Below the pieces are notes generated by a model, which was not told the DNA's origin, did no database searches, and worked only from the letters and a program-made list of their open reading frames with translations. From assembly GCA_002633005.1 (NCBI GenBank), contig NMRA01000247.1, positions 1 to 64,000 on the forward strand: a DNA stretch of 64,000 nucleotides, read 5' to 3'. How positions within the stretch are numbered: the stretch's first letter is position 1; each line of letters starts with the position of its first letter. The stretch comes from Phoronis australis (taxonomy: Eukaryota > Animalia > Phoronida). Shown piece after piece: positions 13,137 through 26,280 of the stretch. The position numbers and the translations under genes were made by a program.

Positions 13137-13920
13137 TGCGTGATCAGCATGAAGCTGACAATGTCAGTTCCTTACAGGTGGTCGTTGCTGTTGCTCGATT
13201 GAACAGCCGCCTTCGCTCCACCGGATTGCCTGCCAGAGAGATGTGGTTTCAGCGCAACCAGTTCACCAATTGCCAAATAACAGTTCATGACAACTTGCTG
13301 ATCTCTTCCCAGCAACAACGGCGCTCTATCAACCATGGACCCAGTGAACGATCCAAGGCTCCTGTGGCCAACCGAGCAGTAGAATGCGACGCATCCATCG
13401 GCGATTTCGTTTACCTCTACTCTGATAGGGAAAAGACCAGAGCCCGTCCACGATACCTCGTGGTTGCTTCCGATGGCGTGTGGTTAAGTATTCGGAAATT
13501 TTCTGGAGATCAGTTACGTAATGCTTCTTACCGTGTCAAACGCAGCGAGTGTTACCGTGTTCCGTCAGAGATTACTGACATTCCAGCTGCATCACCTGTC
13601 ACTGCTCCTTGTGGTCACGATGACGACGACGAGTTCCCACCGTCTTCCGCTGTTCCAGTATCCGTTTCATCGTTGCCCTCGTCCTCAGTGCGATCCAGCT
13701 CCATGGTGCAACGACGGTGTACTACCTTCACGTGGCCCACTTGCCGCCCCAGCTGTGGCATTCACCATCGTCCCCCCCTGATGTATCCCGCCACCCTGGT
13801 TCTACGACAACGCCTGCTGTTGAACCACCCGTCTTCCCTGCTCATCAAGAGGCCCAGAAAAGATCGCAAAGGCAGCGCCACAAACCTCATTGGCAAACGG
13901 ACGATTGGCTTTATGACTGA
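13137..13920 (+). pseudogene. Gypsy integrase C-terminal part (resumes after the hAT insertion)
   Basis: LRDQHEADNVSSLQVVVAVARLNSRLRSTGLPAREMWFQRNQFT...IGDFVYLYSDREKTRARPRYLVV. In frame with the upstream QELSQEL once the hAT and one TSD copy are removed. Confidence 0.85.
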
Positions 13921-14029
13921 TTTTACTTTGTACTTTTTTAACGCCATAGTAATTGGGAATCTTATTGGCACTTTGTTTACTGTTTTTGTTTTCTACTACC
14001 CGTTCTTAGTGTAAGTTTACCTCATTTTC

Positions 14030-14176
14030 TGTGACAGAAAAGGCAATCACGCCTTTGCATTGTTATTCGTACGACTGTGATTGGTGTGAGCCTTTTCGGT
14101 TCCGCCTCGCTGTATTGTCGGCAGCGAATTAAACTCGTTAAACTTACAACTCATTGTCTAGTTTATCTTGCGCACA
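14030..14176 (+). repeat. Possible short 3' LTR of the Gypsy element
   Basis: TGTGA...GCACA ends, an ATTAAA-like signal, and position just after the integrase. No clear polypurine tract and no partner LTR in the window. Confidence 0.3.
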
Positions 14177-14389
14177 TAGGCGTATTTAGGGGGGAAGGGG
14201 GCCCGCCCCCCCCCCCTCCTTGGCTGCCGCAAAAAAATAAAACAGCAAGAGTGTAGAGAAATGTTGAGTTTATTAATTATAACCCAGGTAATTAAAATTA
14301 TACGGATGAAACAAGATTTAAATGTGTGCAGTTTTAGTGTTTGGGGGGCTCAGATCCAATTTCAAGTGTCAAATTCGAAACACGGCGCA
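14175..14389 (+). mobile_element. Probable left end of another hAT-like non-autonomous element (runs into the gap)
   Basis: CATAGGCGTATTTAGGGGGG...GCCCGCCCCCCC terminal and subterminal G/C runs typical of hAT MITEs; no partner TIR visible. Confidence 0.35.
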
Positions 14390-15012
14390 NNNNNNNNNNN
14401 NNNNNNNNNNNNNNNNNNNNNNNNNNNNNNNNNNNNNNNNNNNNNNNNNNNNNNNNNNNNNNNNNNNNNNNNNNNNNNNNNNNNNNNNNNNNNNNNNNNN
14501 NNNNNNNNNNNNNNNNNNNNNNNNNNNNNNNNNNNNNNNNNNNNNNNNNNNNNNNNNNNNNNNNNNNNNNNNNNNNNNNNNNNNNNNNNNNNNNNNNNNN
14601 NNNNNNNNNNNNNNNNNNNNNNNNNNNNNNNNNNNNNNNNNNNNNNNNNNNNNNNNNNNNNNNNNNNNNNNNNNNNNNNNNNNNNNNNNNNNNNNNNNNN
14701 NNNNNNNNNNNNNNNNNNNNNNNNNNNNNNNNNNNNNNNNNNNNNNNNNNNNNNNNNNNNNNNNNNNNNNNNNNNNNNNNNNNNNNNNNNNNNNNNNNNN
14801 NNNNNNNNNNNNNNNNNNNNNNNNNNNNNNNNNNNNNNNNNNNNNNNNNNNNNNNNNNNNNNNNNNNNNNNNNNNNNNNNNNNNNNNNNNNNNNNNNNNN
14901 NNNNNNNNNNNNNNNNNNNNNNNNNNNNNNNNNNNNNNNNNNNNNNNNNNNNNNNNNNNNNNNNNNNNNNNNNNNNNNNNNNNNNNNNNNNNNNNNNNNN
15001 NNNNNNNNNNNN

Positions 15013-16501
15013 ACTGGGAATTTCCGCAGAAAGGCTCACCCGATGAAACGCTCATGCCCATGGGCATTTATTTGATATTAGTACTTCGGGTTTCAAGCGT
15101 TCAGACATTGGGACGTTTATTTCGAAAATTGCAAGAGATGCAAATAGGTCCTGGGATGCTTCGTCAAGGTTTGAAGTAGTACATGATGAACGGATCAAAT
15201 TTAGTTGCGCATATAAGTCTTTCGAATGGACTTGGCAACCTCAAGGGTCTTAGTGTCAACGGAGCTGCGAAACGAGATGCTGACATTGTAGAGGCTTACA
15301 AGCTCATTGACACAGCAATTGACGAAGTGAAAGCGTTGGGAACAAACATCGAAGATATCTGGGTAGAATGGTTCCAAGACGAGTAAATCATTGGATCCGA
15401 TATACAAATTCCTCGGCAGTCTAGACAACAGAAGGATTAAAATTTTAGAGAGAACTTTTCAATTCAATTTTTTTTGCATAGTACACTTTAGGTCTCACGA
15501 CGGACCAGGCCAGCTTGATTTGTGTAGATGTTGAGTTTCAGTGTACTTCTGGTCTCTCGGCGAACTAGTCTTGTGATTTTTTAACAAAGTGTGCTTTGTA
15601 AAACTATTTATCTCAGTCAGTACTGTTTGGTCCCGCGACAGATCGACTATTTTTATAGGGATAATAAGCACAGGTGTACTCTTGGTCTCGTGACGGACCA
15701 GGTCAGCTTTTTGTGTACTCTCTGTGTACATCTGGTCCCTCTGCAAACTAGTCCAATGTATCTTTTCACCACTGTGCACAGGATGTTTTGGTTTCGTGAA
15801 ACTGTTTTCAGTTGATTCGTTTCCTGGTAGATTTGACGTTTTTCAATTGTTGTCATCGTGATTCAGCTTAATAAAGTGATGCCTAATTATTTATTGTCGC
15901 TTTGAATAATAGACTATGAGTTGAGAGCACCATCGTTCGCCAGTTTTTCTCGTAACGAGACAGAACACATGTTTATTTCCGGACGAACAGTACAGGTGTT
16001 CGTTCTTAAACAACTTGAGGCTGCTGTTACGTGATCATCTGATATTCAAGTTTTTACGCCCCGTCGGTGCTCCTTAATCATGCCCTTGAGTATTTGGAAA
16101 TTGTCTAAACCCCTGTATACACACCATACTTTTTCGTATACGACTTTTCGTATGATAAAAAGGTGTGTGTAAGCAGATGTTCCAACAAAATTTTTTGCTG
16201 GTGGCGTGACTCATACCCTGATGTGCACAATATGGTTTCACGAAACTTATGTGCCAAGTTCATGTGACGAAATCTAGAAGGGTTTTTAATTATCTTAAGA
16301 AAAACACCAGAGACATGTTAAGTGCCAGAAACTTACCAGGATGCATTGAAATTTCACTATTTGGTTACAAAAACAAAAAATATCTTACACGGGAGGGGAA
16401 ACCCCCTTCCCGACCTCCCCCCGCTCGGCGCCACGCGCCTATGATTTGACCTTGGCTGGAATCCTAAACCCCCCCTTGCTGAAAACGTAGATCCGCTACT
16501 G
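15013..16501 (+). mobile_element. Second, diverged copy of the hAT element (right part; left end hidden in the N-gap)
   Basis: Colinear with 11339-13130 except for a deletion covering the intron region; ends in CGTAGATCCGCTACTG (15/16 match to the TIR). Confidence 0.9.
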
Positions 16502-17199
16502 GACTTCTAGGTTAGAATTTAGGAGTTTTCCAAGTTTTTACCCACCAAGTGCACACTCAAGTCAAGCTTTACGTCCTGATAGGTTAAAAAATTACAACAC
16601 CTAATTTTCAAAAAATCAATCTGATTTGCCAATAACGTGTAAGAACAATAACGGGTTATAAAAATGAATTTAATAATCATGAAAAAGTCCAAAAGCTCAG
16701 CACGGTGTCAGTACATCCTTTTGAGGGTAATTATTACTAACCTTTGTGAAGTACACTAGTATTATTAAATGTCAAAGGTCCACTTCGTCAATCCCTACTC
16801 AGTTATTTTGCCAAATACTAAAGAATCAAAAATTCTGAAACACAACAGGCCAAACACTCCGGCGTTCGCATCTTTGCAAAAAGTGTCAATCTTTACTTTG
16901 AGCACGAAAACTACTCTGTAACTGTTCATTGTTTTTAAGCAAGCCAACGTGTGTGCAAGACATGCATGTTCATTCTGCGTAAAACCTATCGCTAGTGTAT
17001 CAGGATTTAAAAGTCGAGAAGCTTCCACCGGCCTTGGAACTTACACGAGCGTCTTACTGTATCGAAAATTGCAATGTAACCATCTGCTGAACCGAGCACC
17101 TAACAATCTTAGGATTTTTTTAATGCTCATGGGCCACCTTAGTGTATCGGGACAATGTGAGCATTTTGCACGCTGAGGTTTTTTAGACGCCGCGAGTAC

Positions 17200-18640
17200 C
17201 CTACTGTAGGGAATCTAATAATGCAAACACCTCAGTACGCAGGCTCTTTAATGCAAGTACCTTAGTAAATTGGGATTTATTACGATGCAAGCATCTTACA
17301 TGCCGTACCGCGGGACCCATAACGCGAGCACACGATACACTCTGAAAGTCAGTTAATGAGAACACCTTCCTGTACTGGAGTATCGTAACAGGAGCACCCT
17401 ACACTCTGGCGCCGCTCTGTTAACGCGAGCACTTTTCTGCATCAGGTCTAGCGCGAGCACCTTACACTCTGGGTGTCTTTTAAGGCGAGCACCTTACTGT
17501 ATTGAGTCTCATTACGGGAGCACCTTATACTCCCGAGGGTTAGTTAACGCAAACACCATACTGTACTAAGTGCCATAACGGAAACACCCTACACTCTGGG
17601 AGTCTTTTAACGCGAGCACCTTACCGCACCAGGTCTCATAGCGCGAGCACCTTACACTCTGGGTGTCTTTTAACGCGAGCATCTTACTGTACCGAGTCTC
17701 ATTACGGGAGCATGCACCTTACACTCCTGAGGTACGTTAGTTAACGCGAACATCATAATGCACTAAGTGTCATAACGGGAGCATCATACACTCTGGGGGC
17801 TTTTAACGCGAGCACCTTACCTCACCAGGTCTCATAACACGAGCACCTTCCACTTCGGATGTGTTTTAAGGCGAGCACCTTACTGTACTGAGTGTCATCA
17901 CGCGAGCACCTTACACTCTGAGGGTTAGTTAACAAGAACACCTTACTGTACTGAGTGTCATAAAGGGAGTACCTACACTCTGGGGGTCTTTTAACACGAG
18001 CACGTTACCGTACCAGGTCTCATAGCGCGAGCACCTTACACTCTGGATGTGTTTTAAGGCGAGCACCTTACTGTACTGAGTGTCATAGCGCGAGCACCTT
18101 AAACTCTGGGTGACTTTTAAGGCGAGCATCTTACTAGCTGTACTGAGTCTCATTAAGGGAGCACCTTACACTCCTGAGGGTTAGTTAACGCGAACTCCAT
18201 CCTGTACTGAGTGTCATACCGGGAGCACCCTACATTCTGGGGGTCTTTTTTACGCGAGCACCTCAGCACCGGGTCTCATAACGCGAGCACCTTACTCGGA
18301 AGGTATTTTAACGCGAGCATCTTACTGCACCAGGTCTCATTGCGCGAGCACCTTACACTCTCGACGTGTTTTAGGTGAGCACCTTACTGTACTGAGTGTC
18401 ATAACGCGAGTACCTTACCGCACCGCGTATCATAGTGCGAGCACCTTACACTCTGGGTGTCCTTTTAAGCGAGCACCTTATTGCAGTGAGTCTCATTACG
18501 GGAGCACCATAGACTCTGAGGGTATTTAAAGTGAGCACCTTATCGCACCGGGTCTCGAAACGCGAGCACCATACACTCTGAGGGTTACTTAACGCGAACA
18601 CCATACTGTAGTGATTGTCATAACGGGAGCACCCTACGCC
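17200..18640. repeat. ~32-bp tandem array, core ACGCGAGCACCTTAC, alternating subunits (CACTCTGGG.. / CTGTACTGAG..)
   Basis: Core recurs every ~31-32 bp; near-identical blocks ~190 bp apart (17451 vs 17641). Confidence 0.93.
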
Positions 18641-19289
18641 ATGGGCGGAGCACCATAGGGGGCTGGGGACCCACTTTTTTCAGTGCTGCGCTGCCTACGG
18701 TCTATGGGTGAGCCTTTTTCCATACCTGAACGCAAACACACATTTGCATGAAAGCAAATAGGCGGTCAGTCTGAATGGAAAAAAATAGAACGCTACACAA
18801 TATCCCACGTATTTTGAAATTAGTATGTATAGAGCCATAGTGTTGGTAATAGAAATGAACTTTTATTTAAAACAATAATTCATAGCGACTAACAAGGCAA
18901 AAAGCGTTCATGAACTAAGACTTTGCCCACTCGTTTTCCCAGGCAAGAATGACATTCATAGACTTATTGATAATCGTTTTAATCAAGCGCACGTTACGAA
19001 TGTAAAGTTATTTCGGCAATACTTAAACAAGTACAGACCTTCAGACTGTAATCCACTGCATCTGCAATGTGCATATCAATTAATACTATTCTGTATAATG
19101 GTGCTTTTAAGGCACAAAGGCATAAAACCCTTTGTACATAGAAACAAAGAAATGTACCATTACCGTTTTTCATATTTGCATACGAGGTAGCCTGCAGGTA
19201 GACTGCACTGAATAAAGATAAGTAATATATATGACAGAAAATGACCTTTATGATCGACATATGTCCCGAACGACACATGGTAGTTCCTG

Positions 19290-19510
19290 CCTCGCAAGCT
19301 CGTTATCAGAGATGAAACCAAGACCTGGGTAGGCGATATAAGGACATTTATTATGACTAGTACAATTACAAGTAAGGTCATTTATATGACAATTACAATT
19401 ATAAGTAAGGTAGTTATATGACTAATACAATTACCAGTAATAAGTGACTAAACATAAGTAAGGTAAAAATACTAATCTCTGGTAAGATGGGCAAATAAAA
19501 AGCGCCACAA
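19290..19510. repeat. Dispersed repeat fragment, copy 1 (homologous to 22190-22350)
   Basis: Shared CGCAAGCTC.TTA.CAGAGATGAAA...GGTAGGCGATATAAGGACA and CTGGTAAGATGGGCAA..AAAAAGCGCCA. Confidence 0.7.
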
Positions 19511-19840
19511 GAGATGTAGTAAGACAGCTCATGCCCATCACAATACATTATAATTAGACTGCAATATCATGAGCAAGTACCAAAGTTAAATGGGATGAAA
19601 AGTGGATAATAAAATGAATTAACCTCTTGGTATTCACAGAAATGCTTTTATTAGAGATACGGTCAAACAACCACTGCAAAAACAAGTTTGTTCACCAGAA
19701 AGGAATTGTGTTTGCCTCACAGTCAGAAAGTCAGCCCTTGATCAGTTCAATATTATTTAACAATATAGCAAGATAAATGAGATAATTGTGTGGTAGAAAA
19801 ATGTTATCTATTAATATAAACCACTTGAAAAAACAGCAAA

Positions 19841-19900
19841 TGTGTGTGTGTGTGTGCGCACGCGCGCGTGTGTGTGAGCGCGTTTGTGTGTGTGTGTGTG
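19841..19900. repeat. Compound (TG)n/(CG)n microsatellite
   Basis: Directly visible. Confidence 0.9.
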
Positions 19901-22189
19901 CGAACTATGTTACAACACAATTAGCAACACATATGGAACAATTTCACACGTTAGTTTTCACCACACATAGTCAAAACAACGAGTACATTTTTTCATATTT
20001 TTCTTGGAACGCTAAAGCACTGTAATCTGACACTAGTCCAGGGCTGCTTATTCCCATGGAAGTCTGGCAGAACCATGAAAACAAACAGGCTATTCCATCT
20101 TGACGAACTTTGAAGTCACACCTGGAATACAAAACAAAACAACAACACGTTTATGTGAGGGTAGACTGAAAGAAGAAACATTTTATGGTTTATGCTCCAT
20201 ATTGACTATATGAAACATCAAGAAACATACAACTGACAAATCTCTATTTCTGGTGACCATGATTGGCGAATAAAATGACATGCTGTGACACGTCAACTTA
20301 TATAGAGCTTAGTCTCAACCAAAAACCAACCGTCACTGAATTCTTAAGTAAATATTTTGACTAATACTAAGTAATTTGTCTAAATGGAAGGCAGGTTCAT
20401 ACAATTTAGACAACTAAAACCAATGAAATAAATGTCAGAATGAAGACAAGAAGAAAGTAATGATATCATAATATCTAATCCTATAATATCTATAACAGCA
20501 CAATTATATAAATTAAAAATACTTTCCTTCCATACATGATTAAAAAACATAAGCCATTTCAAGAAGTCTGAAACTAGCCAAACTTTGAAGATGTGTAACA
20601 AATGTCTTCAAATGAATTCTTGATTATTTTAAGAAATTTTAAAAATACCAAATTCATACTTTATTGTAAAAATATGAGAACAAAGTGGTACAAACTGTTG
20701 ATAAATTAACTGAAATACATATTTACCTTAGACATCAAGCTTGGTGCCCTCCCAGATAGGAATCACGTGACATCTTTCAATCTTCTTGTTACCCACTATT
20801 ACGTCCAATACACCTACATAAAAAGTGAAGTGAATAAATAGCATCTCAAACTTAATGAATGCAAGCTAATAATTAAAAGAACACATGGCAATAGTATTTC
20901 ACCTCCTTTCAATCAATTTTTGAACTTATAAACTGAAAACAAGTTACATACATTCAAAATATCAGCAAAATATATTTAAGACAAATGAGTTAAATCTAAC
21001 AATTAAAAAAGGCAGATTCTCAAGCTCAATACAAACAAGTTAGAAATGTGGGATTAGCAAAGCAGACCAACGGTTGGTACCATTAACAATAAAGGGTTAT
21101 TGTGCCTGACATAAATATTAATGGAGAAAAATGAAGGTATTCTTTTAGCTTTTAACATAGTGAAGGTTCAATGGATTACAAAAAGAACTGCTGCAGACGT
21201 ATTTCAAAAGCATCATTAAATAAAACATAACAAGCACACAACACAAAGGAAAAATCACGCACAATATGTGTTAGACTGCTTACATATAAATACTTCACCT
21301 TAAATAGTTTTTGAACACTTTTAATATGAAGACATGTCACTAAAACAGAAAACTTGAATACTTATATTTATCTACAAATGACACAGTCACCCTCAGGACC
21401 AGACCCCTTCTTCACTATGTCATTGATACCAAAACCTAAATCCCCATCTTTATCCCACTGTTCCCTTTGGGCAGTTCCCTAACACACCTTTTTTGCCCCA
21501 AGACAACCCCTTGTCATTCTAACTCCCCTGAAACATACGTCACCCTAACATCCCTTATCTCTAGATGGTACTCTCACACCTGTAACCCCAAAAACTGTCC
21601 CAGTGTCATCCCAGTAGTCCCTAGGCACCACCTGGACATAAGTTACCCCCTGAGTAGGCCCCTCATCACCCATTTCCCCTGAAATAGACCCCTCACATCC
21701 CTGTCCTCCCCATAGGTCACATCCACACCTTGAGTAGGCTCCTCATCACCCCTTTCCTTACAGAATGGTCCTCTACAGATGCTACACTGACCCCTCATCA
21801 TCTCTGTCCCTATGGAACAGATACCTCGAACTCATACCATCCCCTGACACCACTTCCACAACCTGAGCAGGCCAGCCATCTCCTCTGCCACCCAAGCCCC
21901 CTCCCTCCAACGTCATGTGTTGCGCCCCTCCCCACTACCGAGACTGGCTCTTGTGTGTCTGTTTACCCGAGACAGACCCGTAACATGCTTACCCCTCCAG
22001 ATGCTCCCACAATATCCTCATCCCTAATTAAACAGACCACCTCTACAACATCCATGGGCGAGTCCCTTTGAGACCTGAAAAGTAAGGTAAAAAGATTATT
22101 AACAAAGTACATTAGAGAAAAAATATTCAAGAATTATGAAATAAATATTTATGATCAACATAAATCCCAAATAATATGTAAATGATAGG

Positions 22190-22350
22190 TGCAGCGCAAG
22201 CTCATTACCAGAGATGAAAAGGAGACCAAGGTAGGCGATATAAGGACACATACTATGACAAAAACAATTACAGGTAATAGACAGTGAATACAAAATAAGT
22301 AAAATAATAGACAATGATATCTGGTAAGATGGGCAATAAAAAAGCGCCAG
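22190..22350. repeat. Dispersed repeat fragment, copy 2
   Basis: Homologous to 19290-19510. Confidence 0.7.
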
Positions 22351-24675
22351 GCACATGAAGGTATCACAAAATGCCAAAATCAGGGAAGGTAGTGGGTGGG
22401 AAAACATGGATAAGTTTTACGACGTACGTCAATGTGGTTGTCACAAAGAAGATGAACTGAAACACGAGAATGGATAACAAAGAGGAAACCTAAAAACACG
22501 TGACCATCATACGCCTATGATAGCCAAGAGCTGACCAAAGTGATAACAATAGTCCAATGTGAAGGTTGGGAAAGCCACCTGTAGTTCTGCATAAAGGAAT
22601 AAGAGGACAAGTCCAAAATGAAGAAAAAGGGGGGAAAGGAGTAAGATGGGTCCATATGCTCACAAAATGTACTTAACAAGATAAATACCATACTACAAAA
22701 GCAGTATGTAGTTATATCTTCAAAATAAGTGATGTATCAGGTATACCTTAGATTACATAGGATCTTAAAATGTCCAAATTTAGCTAACTTTGAAAATCAT
22801 TTAGATATTGGGCTAATTGCAAAGTTGTCCATAGGGTATTAGCTAACATTAAAATGATCGAAAGGGTTTTGCCATTTTGTAACTTTACATTTTTACCATT
22901 TACAAGTCTGACTTTTTAGATTACCGTACAACAGTTTGACACAAAACAAAACTGGAAACTGCTGGACAAAAAATAAAAATCACAAAGACACCTGATCAAG
23001 GAAATAAACATATCCAATACCGGTACAAAATCCTGACAGTCACACAACACAAATGTATCATTAGGTGAGTCATCTAAAGTGACAGGCTACATTTGGCAGT
23101 GTTGTCCTTGAGTCTGATTGTCACGGATTTTACAGCCGGAGACATCAGGAACTTAGTGATATGTGTGTTGTGGCAAAGAACTGATAAGGCTTGAGAACCA
23201 GTTTGACTTCACTGTGATGTTATGAATTCACCTTCAAAAACCTCTATGATGTTTAATTTTCAAAAAATACTTTTGAACAATTTGAGTTCGGTGAAATTTG
23301 TAATAGCTAATGTTACAACTATGTAACAAACTATGATCGTGATTTTTCCATAATGTAAAACTGCTGAAATTACAGACTGATGGTGGTGCACCCTTGCTTT
23401 TTAGGCAGCATACTAAGTACTTTTAAATTTACCAAATGCACTGTGAATGCAGTTGTAAGTTGACAGATTCTAAAACATAAATATGGCATTTTTCCTTGGT
23501 CGTTGTCACACATAAATGAAAGGAGACGTTACACCTGTCTCGGACACACTAATTTTTGGTGCCTTTTGTGGATTCCATTACTTCTTTTTTTTACTGGACA
23601 CTTCAAGAAGTCCATGGGAAACTCCCCATCCACCAAAGTCTTTATATATGTTGGAAGACATCAAACATCTGAAATTTAGAAGACTGAATAAAGCAATTGA
23701 CAAATTCAAAGCTCCTTATGGTATGAAAATGTCAAAGTGAAAGCAGCTTATCAAATGAAAAAGTCAAAATGGGAGCACCTTACATCATGAGAATGTCAAA
23801 ATGGGAGCACCTTATGCTACAACATCAAAATGGGAGCAACTTATGCCATAAGAATGTCGAGCACCAAAATGGGAGCACCTTATACCATGAAAATGACAAA
23901 ATACTAGCACCTTATATTATCTGAGAATGTAAAAGTGGGAGCACCTTATGCTACGGGAATGTCAACATGTGAGTACCTCATGCCATGAGAATGTCCAAAT
24001 GGGAGCACCTCATACCATGAGAATGTCAAAATGGGAGCACCTCACACCATGAGAATGTCAAAATGGGAACACCTCAAGCCATGCGAATGTTAAAATGGGA
24101 GCACCTTATGCTATGAGAATGTTAAAATGAGGGCACCTCATGCTATGAGAATGTCAAAATGTTAGCAACTTATGCCAAGACAATGTTAAACTGGGAGTAC
24201 CTTATGCTAGGAGAACGTTAAAATGGGAGCACCTTGTGCTAGAAGAATGTTAAAATGGGAGCACCTTATGCTAGGATTATGTTAAAATGGGAGCACCTCA
24301 TGCTACGAGAATGTCAAAATGTGAGCACCTTATGCCAAGAGTATGTTAAACTGGGAGCACCTTATGCTAGGAGAATGTTAAGACGGTAGCACCTTATGCT
24401 AAAAGATTGTTAAAATGTGGGCACCTTATGCTAGGAGAACGTTAAAATGGGAGCACCGTATGCTAAGAGAATGTTTAAATGGGAGCAGAATATGCTAGGA
24501 GAATGTTAAAATGGGAGCACTTCACCCCATGAGAATGTCAAAATGGGAGCACCTCACACCATGAGAATGTCAAAATGGGAACACCTCAAGCCATGCGAAT
24601 GTTAAAATGGGAGCACCTTATGCTATGAGAATGTTAAAATGAGGGCACCTCATGCTATGAGAATGTCAAAATGTG

Positions 24676-26147
24676 TGCTGTCATCGCAAGGACAAACACA
24701 TCATGAGATTCTCCACAAAGCACAGTCTTCATTGATAAAAATATGCGAGTTTTGTGCTACCAGCGGAATGAGCTGCAATGGAGACAAATGTGAAGCTCTC
24801 TTCTGTACTCTGGACAATCGCCTCAGTGTTGATGATTTCCCTTGCCCAACCTACGATGGGAAGTTGATTGCTACATCTGACCACATGCGTCACTTGGGTG
24901 TAGAACTTGACCGCAGGCTCAACTTCACACCTCAAGTTAACAGTATGATCAGCCGTGCCAACAGAGGAATTAATGCCCTTAGGGCTGCGGCTGGTCGGAA
25001 GGCGGAGGAAAGGCACCTCGTCATGCTTTATAAAGCCCTGGTCACTTTGATCTTCGACTACGCTCTCCCCATGATCAACATCAGTAAAAATCAAATCAAC
25101 AGACTTGAGAGGCTCCAGAACATTGGTCTTCGCGTCATCACTGGATGTACGAGAACTACGTCAGTCACAGCATTACGTTACCTTGTCGGTATTCCCAGCA
25201 TTGCAGACAGACAATCCCTTCTACAAGGTATTACTGTAGCCAAGGCTGTTCAAAGCCCCTTCCATCCATTACACAGTCAAGTGAAGACTGCACTTGACAG
25301 GTGCGTGAACTCCGTCCCTGCAACAGAAACTTATGGACTTCGTCCTAGACCTTTTCGCAATGCCTCCCACCAAAGACTTAGCAGGTGCTCGTGGACTGTC
25401 GCTGCTGTTAACGCAACCATGGGTCTCATCGGCGAACACATGATCGCGCAAGTTGCTGCTTGGCTGCCAGTACAAGAACTTGGTGAGGAACCGAATGTCA
25501 TCATTGCTTTCAACAGGGAAGCTCGGGAATGGCCTCCTGGAGTAGCCCAAGCATTGTGCCGTCAGCAATGGCGTGATCTTGGCGGTATTAATGCCATCAT
25601 TGTAGCAACTGATGGATCCTTCGATGGTGAAACTAATCGTGCGGGATGGGGCTATCAAATACGCTGTGCTAACAACGTCATTGCGGAAGGTAGTGGCTGC
25701 CACCATATATCCACAAGCAGTACGCGGATGGAGTTTGAGGCTATACAACGAGCCCTAACCAAGCTGTCACTCCTAGACCTGGAGAATCACACCATTATCT
25801 TTGCCACCGATTCCATGGCAGTGTTGATGAAAGTTCAATCTGGAAACCTCCCAGCCAACTGGGGTGTCTTCCGATCACGCCACCCTCATCATGTGGTGAT
25901 CTGGTCTTTCGTACCTGGCCACGCCGGTGTCTTGATTAATGAGCGTGCAGATTACCTCGCTGGCTCATGCACCACTAACCAACCCCTCTACTTATATTCG
26001 GCTGACGTTAAGCTGCTGGCTCGCAAACGCAACCACGAGCAGACTGCATCCCAGCTGGCTGAGTTCAATGATGGCAGCCGCCTGCTCGAAGCCGGCATTA
26101 TTTATGGCCATGCTGCGAAGAGTCACAAGAAGGGCCGTGCTGTCTAA
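24676..26147 (+). CDS. Open remnant of LINE ORF2 (RT thumb region + RNase H); C-terminus continues in another frame to 26247
   Basis: 502-aa ORF 24639-26147; its first ~12 codons come from the flanking tandem array. Confidence 0.8.
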
Positions 26148-26280
26148 TCAAATGCTTACAGGCAACGTCAGCCCTGGAGTTCTGCGCCTTCTGCTGTCAC
26201 GGGGATGGTCTGGGGAGGGGATTAATGCACCAGCATATCCTCAATGATCCTGTCCGTGACAGGTATTACAGGTATTACAG
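24676..26280 (+). mobile_element. 5'-truncated non-LTR retrotransposon with RNase H (I group, Ingi/Nimb-like)
   Basis: RT C-terminal part (MRHLGVELDRRLNF, LYKALV, LRVITG) then RNase H (ATDGS, STRMEFEAI, FATDSM, FVPGHAGVLINERADYLA); 11-bp TSD GTCAAAATGTG (24665-24675, 26281-26291); 3' tail (ACAGGTATT)n. Confidence 0.92.

Larger units (their letters stand above)
7351..14176 (+). mobile_element. Degenerate Ty3/Gypsy LTR retrotransposon (gag remnant-PR-RT-RNase H-IN), 5' end lost into the satellite, interrupted by an hAT element at 10478-13130
   Basis: Gag-like ISLDPNERTEDLFQRL and a CVLC...H..C knuckle (7350-7800); protease-like GATGNMIS; RT motifs [37 protein letters not shown]; RNase H LWIVTDAS, EIEAL, TDSKP; integrase C-half IGRIKNPNHNPIAEKAIQEL. 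Many frameshifts and stops. Confidence 0.9.
19650..23668 (-). pseudogene. Exon-like segments of an unidentified, probably decayed or non-coding spliced transcript
   Basis: Canonical pyrimidine-tract AG/GT-bounded blocks on the minus strand at ~23668-23534, 22074-21993, 20813-20727, and a last exon from 20121 with AATAAA at ~19650. The open frames do not join cleanly and contain stops. Confidence 0.35.

Noticed and set aside
14261-15179. Long ORFs of 225-285 aa
   Set aside because: They span the N-gap (X residues); the same applies to 31244-31733 in part and to 57624-58419.
17200-18640. CRISPR-like appearance (constant core plus variable ~16 bp)
   Set aside because: The 'spacers' are homologous and recur periodically, the period is only 32 bp, there are no cas genes and the context is eukaryotic.
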